Origin: an uncultured Alphaproteobacteria bacterium
Lineage (GTDB): Bacteria; Pseudomonadota; Alphaproteobacteria; RF32; CAG-239
NCBI GenBank assembly: GCA_944391465.1
Contig: CALXTS010000002.1
Coordinates: 21,250-85,249, forward strand
DNA: 64,000 nucleotides
Reading direction: 5' to 3'
The notes beneath the pieces are model-generated. The model had not been told where the DNA came from. It saw only the letters and a program-made list of their open reading frames with translations, and made no database searches. Within the stretch, counting starts at the first letter, position 1, and every line of letters starts with the position of its first letter. The position numbers and the translations under genes are program-made. Of the stretch, positions 9,250-17,272 are shown in pieces.

Positions 9250-10269
9250 ATGTCAAAAAAAGATTTATCATCACTTCTACTCAACTGGTATAACAAAAAC
9301 GGACGCACACTCCCCTGGCGTATAAAGGGAGGCGCGCACCCAAATCCATATATTATATTGGTATCGGAATTTATGCTCCAACAAACTACCGTTAAAACCG
9401 TAATCCCCTATTTTATGCGTTTTATAGAGCGATTTCCCAATATTCAAACTTTAGCTCAAGCCAATGAAGAGGAAGTTTATGCCTATTGGCAAGGACTGGG
9501 ATATTACACCAGAGCCAAATCATTACACCAAACAGCACAAATCATCATGAATGACTTTGGTGGCATTTTTCCGCAAAAGAAAGCAGATGTTTTAAAGCTT
9601 AAAGGCATTGGTGAATATACGGCAGCAAGTTTTCTCTCTTTAGCCTTCAATCTTCCCGAACCGGTGATAGACGGCAACGTCATCCGCATCATCTGTCGAA
9701 TGTATGGTTTGCTTGAGCCGGTTGAAAAGATTATACCCGAGATTAGAAAAAAAGCTTTAGAGTTGCAAAGTTTGAAACATGCGGCGGACTATGCCTCTGC
9801 CATTATGGACTTGGGCGCCCTGATTTGCACCCCGAAAAAACCGCAATGCCTACTCTGCCCTTGGAAAAATTTCTGTATATCCCAAGGCAAAGAAAATATT
9901 GAACAAATTCCCAATAAAACCAAAATCAGCAAAAAAGAAAAGTTTGGTTCTGTTTATGTGATTAGAAACAAAAAACAAGAAATTTTCATTCGTAAACGCA
10001 TCGAAAAAGGTTTACTTTCTGGTTTATACGAATTTCCATGGTCGGAAGAGAACCTTTTTCCGCTACACCTATGCCAAGATACCAATAAAGAAATATCCCA
10101 TATCTTTACCCACATTAAATTGACTTTACACCTTTTCACTATCCACAGTGATATTAAACCAACTAACGGTATTTTTGTACAACCGGAAGAACTTGAGAAA
10201 TACCCCTTTTCAACCCTCATGAAAAAAGTTTGGCAAACTTACTTAAAAAATAAAAAACATAACCTTTAA
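9250..10269 (+). CDS. mutY: A/G-specific adenine DNA glycosylase MutY
   Basis: HhH-GPD core (LKGIGEYTAA). Fe-S loop CTPKKPQCLLCPWKNFC. C-terminal NUDIX-like domain. Confidence 0.9.
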   Translation: MSKKDLSSLLLNWYNKNGRTLPWRIKGGAHPNPYIILVSEFMLQQTTVKTVIPYFMRFIERFPNIQTLAQANEEEVYAYWQGLGYYTRAKSLHQTAQIIMNDFGGIFPQKKADVLKLKGIGEYTAASFLSLAFNLPEPVIDGNVIRIICRMYGLLEPVEKIIPEIRKKALELQSLKHAADYASAIMDLGALICTPKKPQCLLCPWKNFCISQGKENIEQIPNKTKISKKEKFGSVYVIRNKKQEIFIRKRIEKGLLSGLYEFPWSEENLFPLHLCQDTNKEISHIFTHIKLTLHLFTIHSDIKPTNGIFVQPEELEKYPFSTLMKKVWQTYLKNKKHNL

Positions 10270-10338
10270 TTTTACTGGAAATTTTCCCAGATAAGTATTA
10301 TAATGAATATGTTCTTTAATTCTAACGGAGTAACCGAT

Positions 10339-10515
10339 ATGGAACATGCTGAAACCACAATGGAGACCCTGAGGATAGAACATGCCAGACTAGATTCTGA
10401 AATTAAAGAAGAAGAAAGTTGTGTCTGGAAAAATTTAATTAAAATTGAGCAATTAAAGAAAGAAAAGCTCCGTAAAAAAGACGAGCTGCTTAGAAGAGCA
10501 TTGCAAAGCCAATAA
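10339..10515 (+). CDS. Small coiled-coil protein, DUF465/YdcH-like
   Basis: LRIEHARLDSEIKEEE pattern typical of DUF465. GGAG lies 8 nt upstream of the ATG. A terminator follows. Confidence 0.55.
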   Translation: MEHAETTMETLRIEHARLDSEIKEEESCVWKNLIKIEQLKKEKLRKKDELLRRALQSQ

Positions 10516-10533
10516 AATATCTTCTCCTCATAG

Positions 10534-10568
10534 AAAACAGCCTTCTAAAAAAGAAGGCTGTTTTTTTT
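10534..10568. terminator. Bidirectional terminator
   Basis: CAGCCTTC / GAAGGCTG stem with an A-tract before and a T8 tract after. It lies between convergent genes. Confidence 0.7.
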
Positions 10569-11868
10569 ATTTTTTTATAACAAAAATTGTCTTACGCGGT
10601 TGAGCATTCAAAAGCCTCTGAATATAACGTCCTTGATACAAGTTAATTCCTAAAGAATTACCAATTTCAATCGCCTGAGCATCATCAATTCGACACAAAA
10701 TTAACTTTGAGCGCTCTGCTTTGTTAATATAATCCATAAAATGAGTATCTTCTTGAATAATATCAATAAAACTCGGATGCCAAATAACTTTAATCAAATC
10801 ACAATCTAAATTTTTTCTATTTAAAAATTTGAGTTTATCAACCGAAACCCCATCCACACAAACTTTGTATCCTCTTGCCTGAGCAAAAGTCTTTGCCAAC
10901 ATAAATGCTTTTATATCACTCAAAATATCAACCAATTGCAACTCTAAAATAATACTGGAACGCATTGAAGCATTAATATTATCATCAAAAGCCAAAAAGT
11001 CGTCCGACAGTAAGGTTGAAACATTAATATTTATACTGAAATTTCCGGCCAAAGAACCATCATCATGACGTCCAATAGTCTCCAACACTCTTTTATCTAA
11101 AGTTTCGCTTAAAGATAGAAAAAGCCATGGATTCGAGACCAAATCAACATCAGGAAGCAACATGTCTCTTAAATCCGGAATAGAAACATAAACCTCTTCA
11201 AAAATACGTTGCGGAGGAGCCTTACCAATAACGGCACAAATAGCCTGACGTCTGATAAAACTTGAAAAATCAGCCACAGACAAAATCTTTTGCAACTTAG
11301 CTAAAATGTCTGGATTCAGTTCTTTTTTAAGTTTTTTAGCATTAACAACGCTATTGAAAACAGAAGTCTGACTAGCCGCAAGATTTTCTTTTTTTGCAGA
11401 CGTATTATCAGCAGATGTCTGAGTTTTCTCAGTGCCGGAAATATTCATAGATTCTTGTAATTTTTTTCTGAAAGAACTTGTATCCGAAGACAAACTATAA
11501 AAGCACACAAACCCCGTTTGTTCCAAATCATCGGCATCACGAATAACCGGATCATCATAAAACATAAAACGAATTTTAACCAAACAGGCCAGAATTTCAT
11601 CATCAAATTTCTTATTATAAAAAACAACAATGTCATCATTGGGAAGAGAAAAAATCCCACCTTTAGATTTTTCAACGACATTTTCAAAAGTTTCGATCAT
11701 AGCCTGTCGCTGAACATTTTTCAGATTTTTATTCTGTAATCGGCCGACATCAAAGTACAAAACTTTAAAAAAAACTATTTCTTTCTCAATTTTTTTCATA
11801 AAATCAAGAATAATGGTATCTTGCTTGACAAAAGCCGTTTCTGAATTCTTATTTAAATTAAGTTCCAT
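10567..11868 (-). CDS. Cytoplasmic protein with degenerate GGDEF-like and degenerate EAL-like domains (paralogue 1)
   Basis: GGDEF position reads PNDDI in a VLYFDV...GGIFSLPNDDIVVF context. EAL-like landmarks are IFEEVYV, ISININVS, ILELQ, VCVDGVS, IKVIW, LCRIDD and YQGRY. An S/T/K-rich linker joins the two domains. Confidence 0.6.
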   Translation of the reverse strand: MELNLNKNSETAFVKQDTIILDFMKKIEKEIVFFKVLYFDVGRLQNKNLKNVQRQAMIETFENVVEKSKGGIFSLPNDDIVVFYNKKFDDEILACLVKIRFMFYDDPVIRDADDLEQTGFVCFYSLSSDTSSFRKKLQESMNISGTEKTQTSADNTSAKKENLAASQTSVFNSVVNAKKLKKELNPDILAKLQKILSVADFSSFIRRQAICAVIGKAPPQRIFEEVYVSIPDLRDMLLPDVDLVSNPWLFLSLSETLDKRVLETIGRHDDGSLAGNFSININVSTLLSDDFLAFDDNINASMRSSIILELQLVDILSDIKAFMLAKTFAQARGYKVCVDGVSVDKLKFLNRKNLDCDLIKVIWHPSFIDIIQEDTHFMDYINKAERSKLILCRIDDAQAIEIGNSLGINLYQGRYIQRLLNAQPRKTIFVIKK

Positions 11869-11873
11869 TGTTT

Positions 11874-13154
11874 TTATCCTAAAATCTTATCTAAAAAGCT
11901 TTTATCGAAACATTTATTACGAAAATCTCCGGCAATCATACGTCTGCGTTTTAAACAATCCATAAGTTTGCATTTCTGCCCATGCGGACACATATTTTTA
12001 ATCAACGCTGTTTCAATATTATCAGCAAACGGCCCTTGAAACTTCGTTATTTTATATTTCAAAGCCCAGCTCATAGCTTTATCATCCAGACACTTAGCCA
12101 AAATAAACTTATCGCTTCCGGTCTCATGAATCAACTCTTTCAACTGAGGATTATCGGGAGCATTTTCCATCGTATGGTTCCAAAAAATCTTCATATAATC
12201 CGGATTCAAACGTTTCAAATTCAACATACAAATCATATCTGGTTCCAGAGCATCTAATAAAATTTGATGCCCTTGGCTGTTTAAAAGTTCTTTAGCCTCA
12301 AAATATTGCGGTAAATTATTAAAAACGTCCATTACTTGAACTTCTGCAATAATTTTCTGATCTGGTTTTAGAAAATTATCAACCAAATGAGCAAATTCTT
12401 TTGAAAATATGGAAGATAAATTCATATTAACACTGATTTTGGGTGTCCAATTAGTAATTTCTGCTTTTTCAAAAGAAGCAAGTGTTTTTTTATCAAGAGT
12501 TTGAGAAAGATACATAAAAAGCCATTTATTTGCCTGCAAATCTAAATTAAGATCAAAAAACATGCTCAAATCTTTAACTGCGACAAAAAACTCTTGAAAC
12601 AAGACCTCAAATTTTTTCGCTCCGCCGACTTGAATTACGCTTTGTCGTTTAACAATATCGGGAATATCAATATTATCCAAGCGGCTTAAAACATCATCAA
12701 CTTGTCCGGCTTCCAATGGTTTGCGCAAGAACTCAATATCAAAACCATCATCTTTAGATTCCATCAGTGCTTTGATTTTTCCGTACAATGCCGGAAAATC
12801 CTCGGGAAAAACAAACAACGAAGCAAAAGTAGATGCATCTTGATTATAAAGCATCGGATCATTCGGTAAGCTATGGCGTAATTTATCAACGGCTAAATCA
12901 ACAGTTTCTGGTGAAATGTTTTTACCTAAAATAGCAAAATCACTGTTTGATAAAATAAACATCATTCCATTGGTTGCACCAACCAAATCATCAAACATTT
13001 TAGCAAAGATTTTAACAAACGACGGATGTCTGTTTTTGGGCTTAAGTTTAGAAACACTAACATACAACACGGAATAGCCTTGAGGATTTCTAGCTATCCG
13101 ATTCATAGAATCAAGCAAATATTTTTCAGCAACCTGATTTCCTACTTTTGCCAT
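11874..13154 (-). CDS. Cytoplasmic protein with degenerate GGDEF-like and degenerate EAL-like domains (paralogue 2) with a Cys-containing tail
   Basis: GGDEF position reads SNSDF (MMFILSNSDFAIL). EAL-like landmarks are LFQEFFV, ISVNMNLS, IAEVQ, ILLDALE, MKIFW, LAKCLDD and FQGPF. The C-terminal tail is CPHGQKCKLMDC...C. Confidence 0.6.
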   Translation of the reverse strand: MAKVGNQVAEKYLLDSMNRIARNPQGYSVLYVSVSKLKPKNRHPSFVKIFAKMFDDLVGATNGMMFILSNSDFAILGKNISPETVDLAVDKLRHSLPNDPMLYNQDASTFASLFVFPEDFPALYGKIKALMESKDDGFDIEFLRKPLEAGQVDDVLSRLDNIDIPDIVKRQSVIQVGGAKKFEVLFQEFFVAVKDLSMFFDLNLDLQANKWLFMYLSQTLDKKTLASFEKAEITNWTPKISVNMNLSSIFSKEFAHLVDNFLKPDQKIIAEVQVMDVFNNLPQYFEAKELLNSQGHQILLDALEPDMICMLNLKRLNPDYMKIFWNHTMENAPDNPQLKELIHETGSDKFILAKCLDDKAMSWALKYKITKFQGPFADNIETALIKNMCPHGQKCKLMDCLKRRRMIAGDFRNKCFDKSFLDKILG

Positions 13155-13228
13155 TAAATAAAAAGCCCTTTCAACCTATGTTAAGCTATATTAAACACTA
13201 TTTGTTTTTATATCAAGCCCTTTACCTT

Positions 13229-14491
13229 TTAATCCAAATTTAAATTATGCAAAACAGCTTTGCAATCATTTTCCGTACATGGTTTTTGAATAAAATTGAT
13301 AAAAACGTCTTTCTTTTTGAGTTTTTTTATCTCATCGGAACAAGGATTTCCGCTCATAAAAATAATTTTTTTATCTTTCCATTGTTGTCTGATAATTTTA
13401 TAAACGGACAATCCTGAATCATTTTTTAATTGAACGTCAATCCAAATTACATCTGCCTTTTCAGCGTCTTCTAACATTTTATCTGCAGAAGAAAAAACTT
13501 TTACCTTCAAACCTAATGATTGTAAAATTTCCTTTAATACTTTCCTAAAAAATTCATCATCATCTAAAATAAAGGCTGTAGCTTTCCACCCTGCCTTAGC
13601 TATAGGCAAATATATTTTAAAACGACTTCCGTTTGACGATGTCTCTACAGCAATATTTCCTTTATAGCGTTTCAAATAATCATAAACAGAAGCCAAACCT
13701 ATTCCACTCCCCTTTCCTTTACCTTTGGTTGTAAAGAAGGGATTAAATATTTGCTTTAAATATTTTTTCTTTATGCCGCAACCTTCATCGGCAACACAAA
13801 TCTCGACATAATCTCCAACAATGACAGGAAGCCGTAGATTTTGAGAATGTTTTTTCAATTGACATTTTTGCATCCCGATTTTTATTTGACCACCTTTTTT
13901 CATGGCATCTTTTGCATTTAGAAGCAAATTAAGAAGGATACTCTGCAAAGCCTCCACTGGAAAACAAACCTGACTTTCCTTGTCTTGTCCGACATAAGAG
14001 ATTTCATATTTTTTTTCCAATCCTGCACGCGCCAAATCAACTGTTTTACCAATAACTTCATCAACACAAAAGATTGCCGTTTTACTTTCCTCTTTGTTTG
14101 AAAAACCTAAAACTTCTTTTGATAAATACTGCAACCTGACACAAGCATCTTCAATAATATTTAAATATTTTTTCAGTTCGCTTTGTTCAGCTGTCTTTTT
14201 ATCAAGAATTTCGACAGCACCGATAATTCCGCCCAAAATATTATTAAAATCATGAGCCATCCCGCTGACTAAACGCCCCAAAGTCTGCAATTTTTGCAAA
14301 TGAGAAAGGTCTTTTCTGAACTGATATTGAGACCATAATTCATAAAATATCCATAAAACGGCAATATTAACGGCAACAAACAATTCCGTTCTGAAAAATT
14401 GAGAAGGCAATTGCCAAATCTTCCATTCGGCAAAAGCTAATACCCCGAGAACGATTCCGCAAAAAAATATTTTTATTTTACTAATCGGCAT
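13229..14491 (-). CDS. Hybrid sensor histidine kinase (2 TM, HisKA, HATPase, C-terminal receiver)
   Basis: H-box SGMAHDFNNILGGI. N-box LLLNAKDAM. G-boxes DEGCGI and GSGIGLASV. Receiver landmarks ILDDDE, WIDVQL, FMSG and IQKP. Two N-terminal TM helices are joined by only a short loop. Confidence 0.85.
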   Translation of the reverse strand: MPISKIKIFFCGIVLGVLAFAEWKIWQLPSQFFRTELFVAVNIAVLWIFYELWSQYQFRKDLSHLQKLQTLGRLVSGMAHDFNNILGGIIGAVEILDKKTAEQSELKKYLNIIEDACVRLQYLSKEVLGFSNKEESKTAIFCVDEVIGKTVDLARAGLEKKYEISYVGQDKESQVCFPVEALQSILLNLLLNAKDAMKKGGQIKIGMQKCQLKKHSQNLRLPVIVGDYVEICVADEGCGIKKKYLKQIFNPFFTTKGKGKGSGIGLASVYDYLKRYKGNIAVETSSNGSRFKIYLPIAKAGWKATAFILDDDEFFRKVLKEILQSLGLKVKVFSSADKMLEDAEKADVIWIDVQLKNDSGLSVYKIIRQQWKDKKIIFMSGNPCSDEIKKLKKKDVFINFIQKPCTENDCKAVLHNLNLD

Positions 14492-14605
14492 TTTTTCTCC
14501 AAAGTGACGTTATATTATATAGTAAATACAATTAATGCTTGATTTTATAGTTAAAAATCATTTATAAACCTATTGTACAACAAAATTATAAAGAAAGAAC
14601 TAAAG

Positions 14606-16075
14606 ATGCTGACACCTAAAAACAATGCTTTTTACATGAGAACAGAAATGTTGGTCAAAGTAGCTCAAAGCTACCTTAAAGACCGCCTTGCAACAGCAAA
14701 TGAAATACCTAATGAGGTTTATCCTGACGAAAGCACGCCAATGCGCGGCAGTTTGGAAAAAGACAGAGAAATCACCAAATTCAGAGCCATGGCGGCCATG
14801 GGAATAGATGTAACCGACGAAAATAATTGGTCAAAATCCCTTAATGAATGTGGACAAGAGGCACTAGCCAGAACGCAGGCACCAAAAAATAAAATTATGG
14901 TTATCAAATCTGCATGCAATGCTTGCAAAAAATCTCAACATATTGTCAGCAATCAATGTCAAGGCTGCTTTGCTCGCCCATGTATGGTTAATTGCCCCAA
15001 AAAAGCAATCAGTTTTGTTGACGGCAAAGCATTTATTGATACAAACTTATGCATTAATTGCGGCATTTGCAAAGAGGCCTGCCCATATCATGCAATCATA
15101 AAAGTAGCTCTTCCTTGCGAAGATGCTTGCCCCGTCGGTGCAATCAGTAAAGATGAACAGGGAATTGAACACATCGATACATCAAAATGCATTTCATGCG
15201 GACAATGCCTTGCATCTTGCCCGTTTGGAGCAATTGTAGAAGAATCTCATATTATAGATGTTTTGAAAGCAATGAAAGAAGGCGACAAAAAAGTTATCGC
15301 CATGGTTGCTCCGGCCATTATCGGACAATTTCCCGGTACTGTAGGAAATTTAGTCGGTGCTTTAAAAAAACTAGGTTTTGATGAAGTTATAGAAGTTGCG
15401 GTAGGTGCTGATATTACAACACTTAAAGAATCAAATGAGTTCATTGAAAGAATGCACGAAGGCGCAGCCTTTATGACAACCTCTTGCTGCCCGGCCTATT
15501 ACCGTGCAGTAGAAAAACATTTACAAGAACTAACCCCCTATGTATCAAGCACACGTTCTCCGATGTACTACACGGCAGAATTGGTAAAACAAGAAAATCC
15601 TGATTGCATAGCCGTGTTTGTAGGTCCTTGTCTGGCCAAAAGAGAAGAGCGCCAAAGAGATGAAAATCCCTTCACTGATTATGTCTTAACCTTTGAAGAA
15701 ATCGGCGCAATGTTTACAGCCGCAGAAATTAATGTAACAGCTTGTGAAGAAGCCTCTTTCAGCAAAATATCATATGCGCAAGGGCGTATCTTCCCAATAT
15801 CCGGAGGCGTTGCCAGTGCTGTTTCCGATTTAGTCGGAACCGATGCTGAAATCCGCTTGGAAAAAATAAACGGATTAACCAAAGACAGTGTTAAAATTCT
15901 AAAACGTTACGGAACCAAAGGCGGAGAAAACAACCTTATAGAAATCATGTGTTGTGAAGGCGGATGTATTGGAGGCCCCGGATGTGTTAATAGCCCCAAA
16001 AAGACAGTCCGCTCGGTTGAAAATTATGTTAAAGAAGCCCAACAACTAAAAAGGGATTCGAAAATCGGCGGATAA
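14606..16075 (+). CDS. [FeFe]-hydrogenase catalytic subunit-like protein with N-terminal Fe-S cluster domain
   Basis: H-cluster-type motifs TSCCPAY, GPCLAKREE and EIMCCEGGCIGGPG. Two CxxCxxCxxxCP ferredoxin motifs plus an extra CxxC...CxxCxxxxCxxxCP block. The start is uncertain: TTG 14573, ATG 14606 or ATG 14636. Confidence 0.8.
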   Translation: MLTPKNNAFYMRTEMLVKVAQSYLKDRLATANEIPNEVYPDESTPMRGSLEKDREITKFRAMAAMGIDVTDENNWSKSLNECGQEALARTQAPKNKIMVIKSACNACKKSQHIVSNQCQGCFARPCMVNCPKKAISFVDGKAFIDTNLCINCGICKEACPYHAIIKVALPCEDACPVGAISKDEQGIEHIDTSKCISCGQCLASCPFGAIVEESHIIDVLKAMKEGDKKVIAMVAPAIIGQFPGTVGNLVGALKKLGFDEVIEVAVGADITTLKESNEFIERMHEGAAFMTTSCCPAYYRAVEKHLQELTPYVSSTRSPMYYTAELVKQENPDCIAVFVGPCLAKREERQRDENPFTDYVLTFEEIGAMFTAAEINVTACEEASFSKISYAQGRIFPISGGVASAVSDLVGTDAEIRLEKINGLTKDSVKILKRYGTKGGENNLIEIMCCEGGCIGGPGCVNSPKKTVRSVENYVKEAQQLKRDSKIGG

Positions 16076-16084
16076 ATAATAAAA

Positions 16085-16116
16085 TAAAAAAGCTCCGAAA
16101 TCATCGGAGCTTTTTT
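16085..16116. terminator. Bidirectional terminator
   Basis: AGCTCCGA / TCGGAGCT stem with loop AATCA, flanked by A6 and T6. Confidence 0.7.
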
Positions 16117-16129
16117 ATTAGAAATAACT

Positions 16130-17269
16130 TTAATCTTTTCCGATATTAATATTTCGATTCACATAAACCGAAAGAATAATTCCAAAAGAAGCCATAACCG
16201 AAAGCACGACGGTTCCGCCATAAGAAATCAAAGCCAACGGCACTCCGACAACCGGAATAAGCCCTAAAACCATCGCCATATTAATAAAAACATACAAAAA
16301 GAAATTCGTAGCTAATCCTATAGCCGCCAATTTTCCAAAATAACTGGAGCTTTTAAGCGCAAAAGAATAACAATAAGCGATAACTATCATATTTAAAATT
16401 AAAACAAAAACCGCTCCAATCATACCAAATTCTTCAGAAAGCATGGTAAAGATAAAATCAGTATGTTTTTCAGGCAAAAAGTTCAAATGGCTTTGAGTTC
16501 CTTTCAAAAAACCTTTACCAAAAACCCCACCCGAACCAAGCGCAATTTTTGATTGAATAATATGATATCCCGCTCCTAAAGGATCACGTTCAGGATCCAA
16601 AAACGTCAGCACTCTGTTTTTTTGATAATCATACAAAAAATGCCACCCAACGGGAATAGATAGTAAAGCTCCTATCAAAACAATCCCAAATTTCCACAAC
16701 TGAACCCCAACCACAAAAAACATCGCTCCGGCTGTAAATAAAAGCATCAACGATGTTCCCAAATCTGGCTGAACCATAACCAAAAAAGCCGGAGCAAGAA
16801 CCATTAAAGCCGGTACAATTAATCCGCGAACCGATTCTATGCTTTGTAAGGAAGAAGAATGAAAATATCGAGCCAACGCCAAAACCAAAGCAATTTTCAT
16901 TAATTCAGATGGTTGCAATTTCATAAAGCCCAAATTAATCCAACGTTGAGCCCCCATGCCGACATGCCCCATAACATCCACAATAACAAGCAATATTAAG
17001 GTTCCAAAATAAAAAACATACGCATATCGCATAAAAATACGAATATCCACTAAAGCCAAAATAATCATTGCCGTAAAACCAATTCCAAAACGCAACAATT
17101 GATTTAAGGCCCACGGATGCCAATGGCCGTTTGCCGCAGAATACAACATAACAATACCAATCCCTGCCAACATCATAATCAGCATAATATAAGAAAAACT
17201 CAAATTCTGAAATTTTTCTTTTAGTGTTGGCGTTTGATTTTTAAAACTAGTTTCATAAAATTTATACAT
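16130..17269 (-). CDS. rodA: Rod shape-determining protein RodA (SEDS family)
   Basis: FtsW/RodA/SpoVE-type polytopic protein immediately downstream of mrdA. Confidence 0.9.
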   Translation of the reverse strand: MYKFYETSFKNQTPTLKEKFQNLSFSYIMLIMMLAGIGIVMLYSAANGHWHPWALNQLLRFGIGFTAMIILALVDIRIFMRYAYVFYFGTLILLVIVDVMGHVGMGAQRWINLGFMKLQPSELMKIALVLALARYFHSSSLQSIESVRGLIVPALMVLAPAFLVMVQPDLGTSLMLLFTAGAMFFVVGVQLWKFGIVLIGALLSIPVGWHFLYDYQKNRVLTFLDPERDPLGAGYHIIQSKIALGSGGVFGKGFLKGTQSHLNFLPEKHTDFIFTMLSEEFGMIGAVFVLILNMIVIAYCYSFALKSSSYFGKLAAIGLATNFFLYVFINMAMVLGLIPVVGVPLALISYGGTVVLSVMASFGIILSVYVNRNINIGKD

Positions 17270-17272
17270 AAA

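Noticed and set aside
14505-14513. TGACGTTAT shared by the HK/hydrogenase divergent region and the porin upstream palindrome (2368-2388). There is also a vague resemblance of 14503-14530 to a dif/XerCD site.
   Set aside because: A single shared 9-mer in 64 kb of AT-rich DNA is near chance expectation. The putative dif arms are not mutually palindromic and match the consensus poorly.
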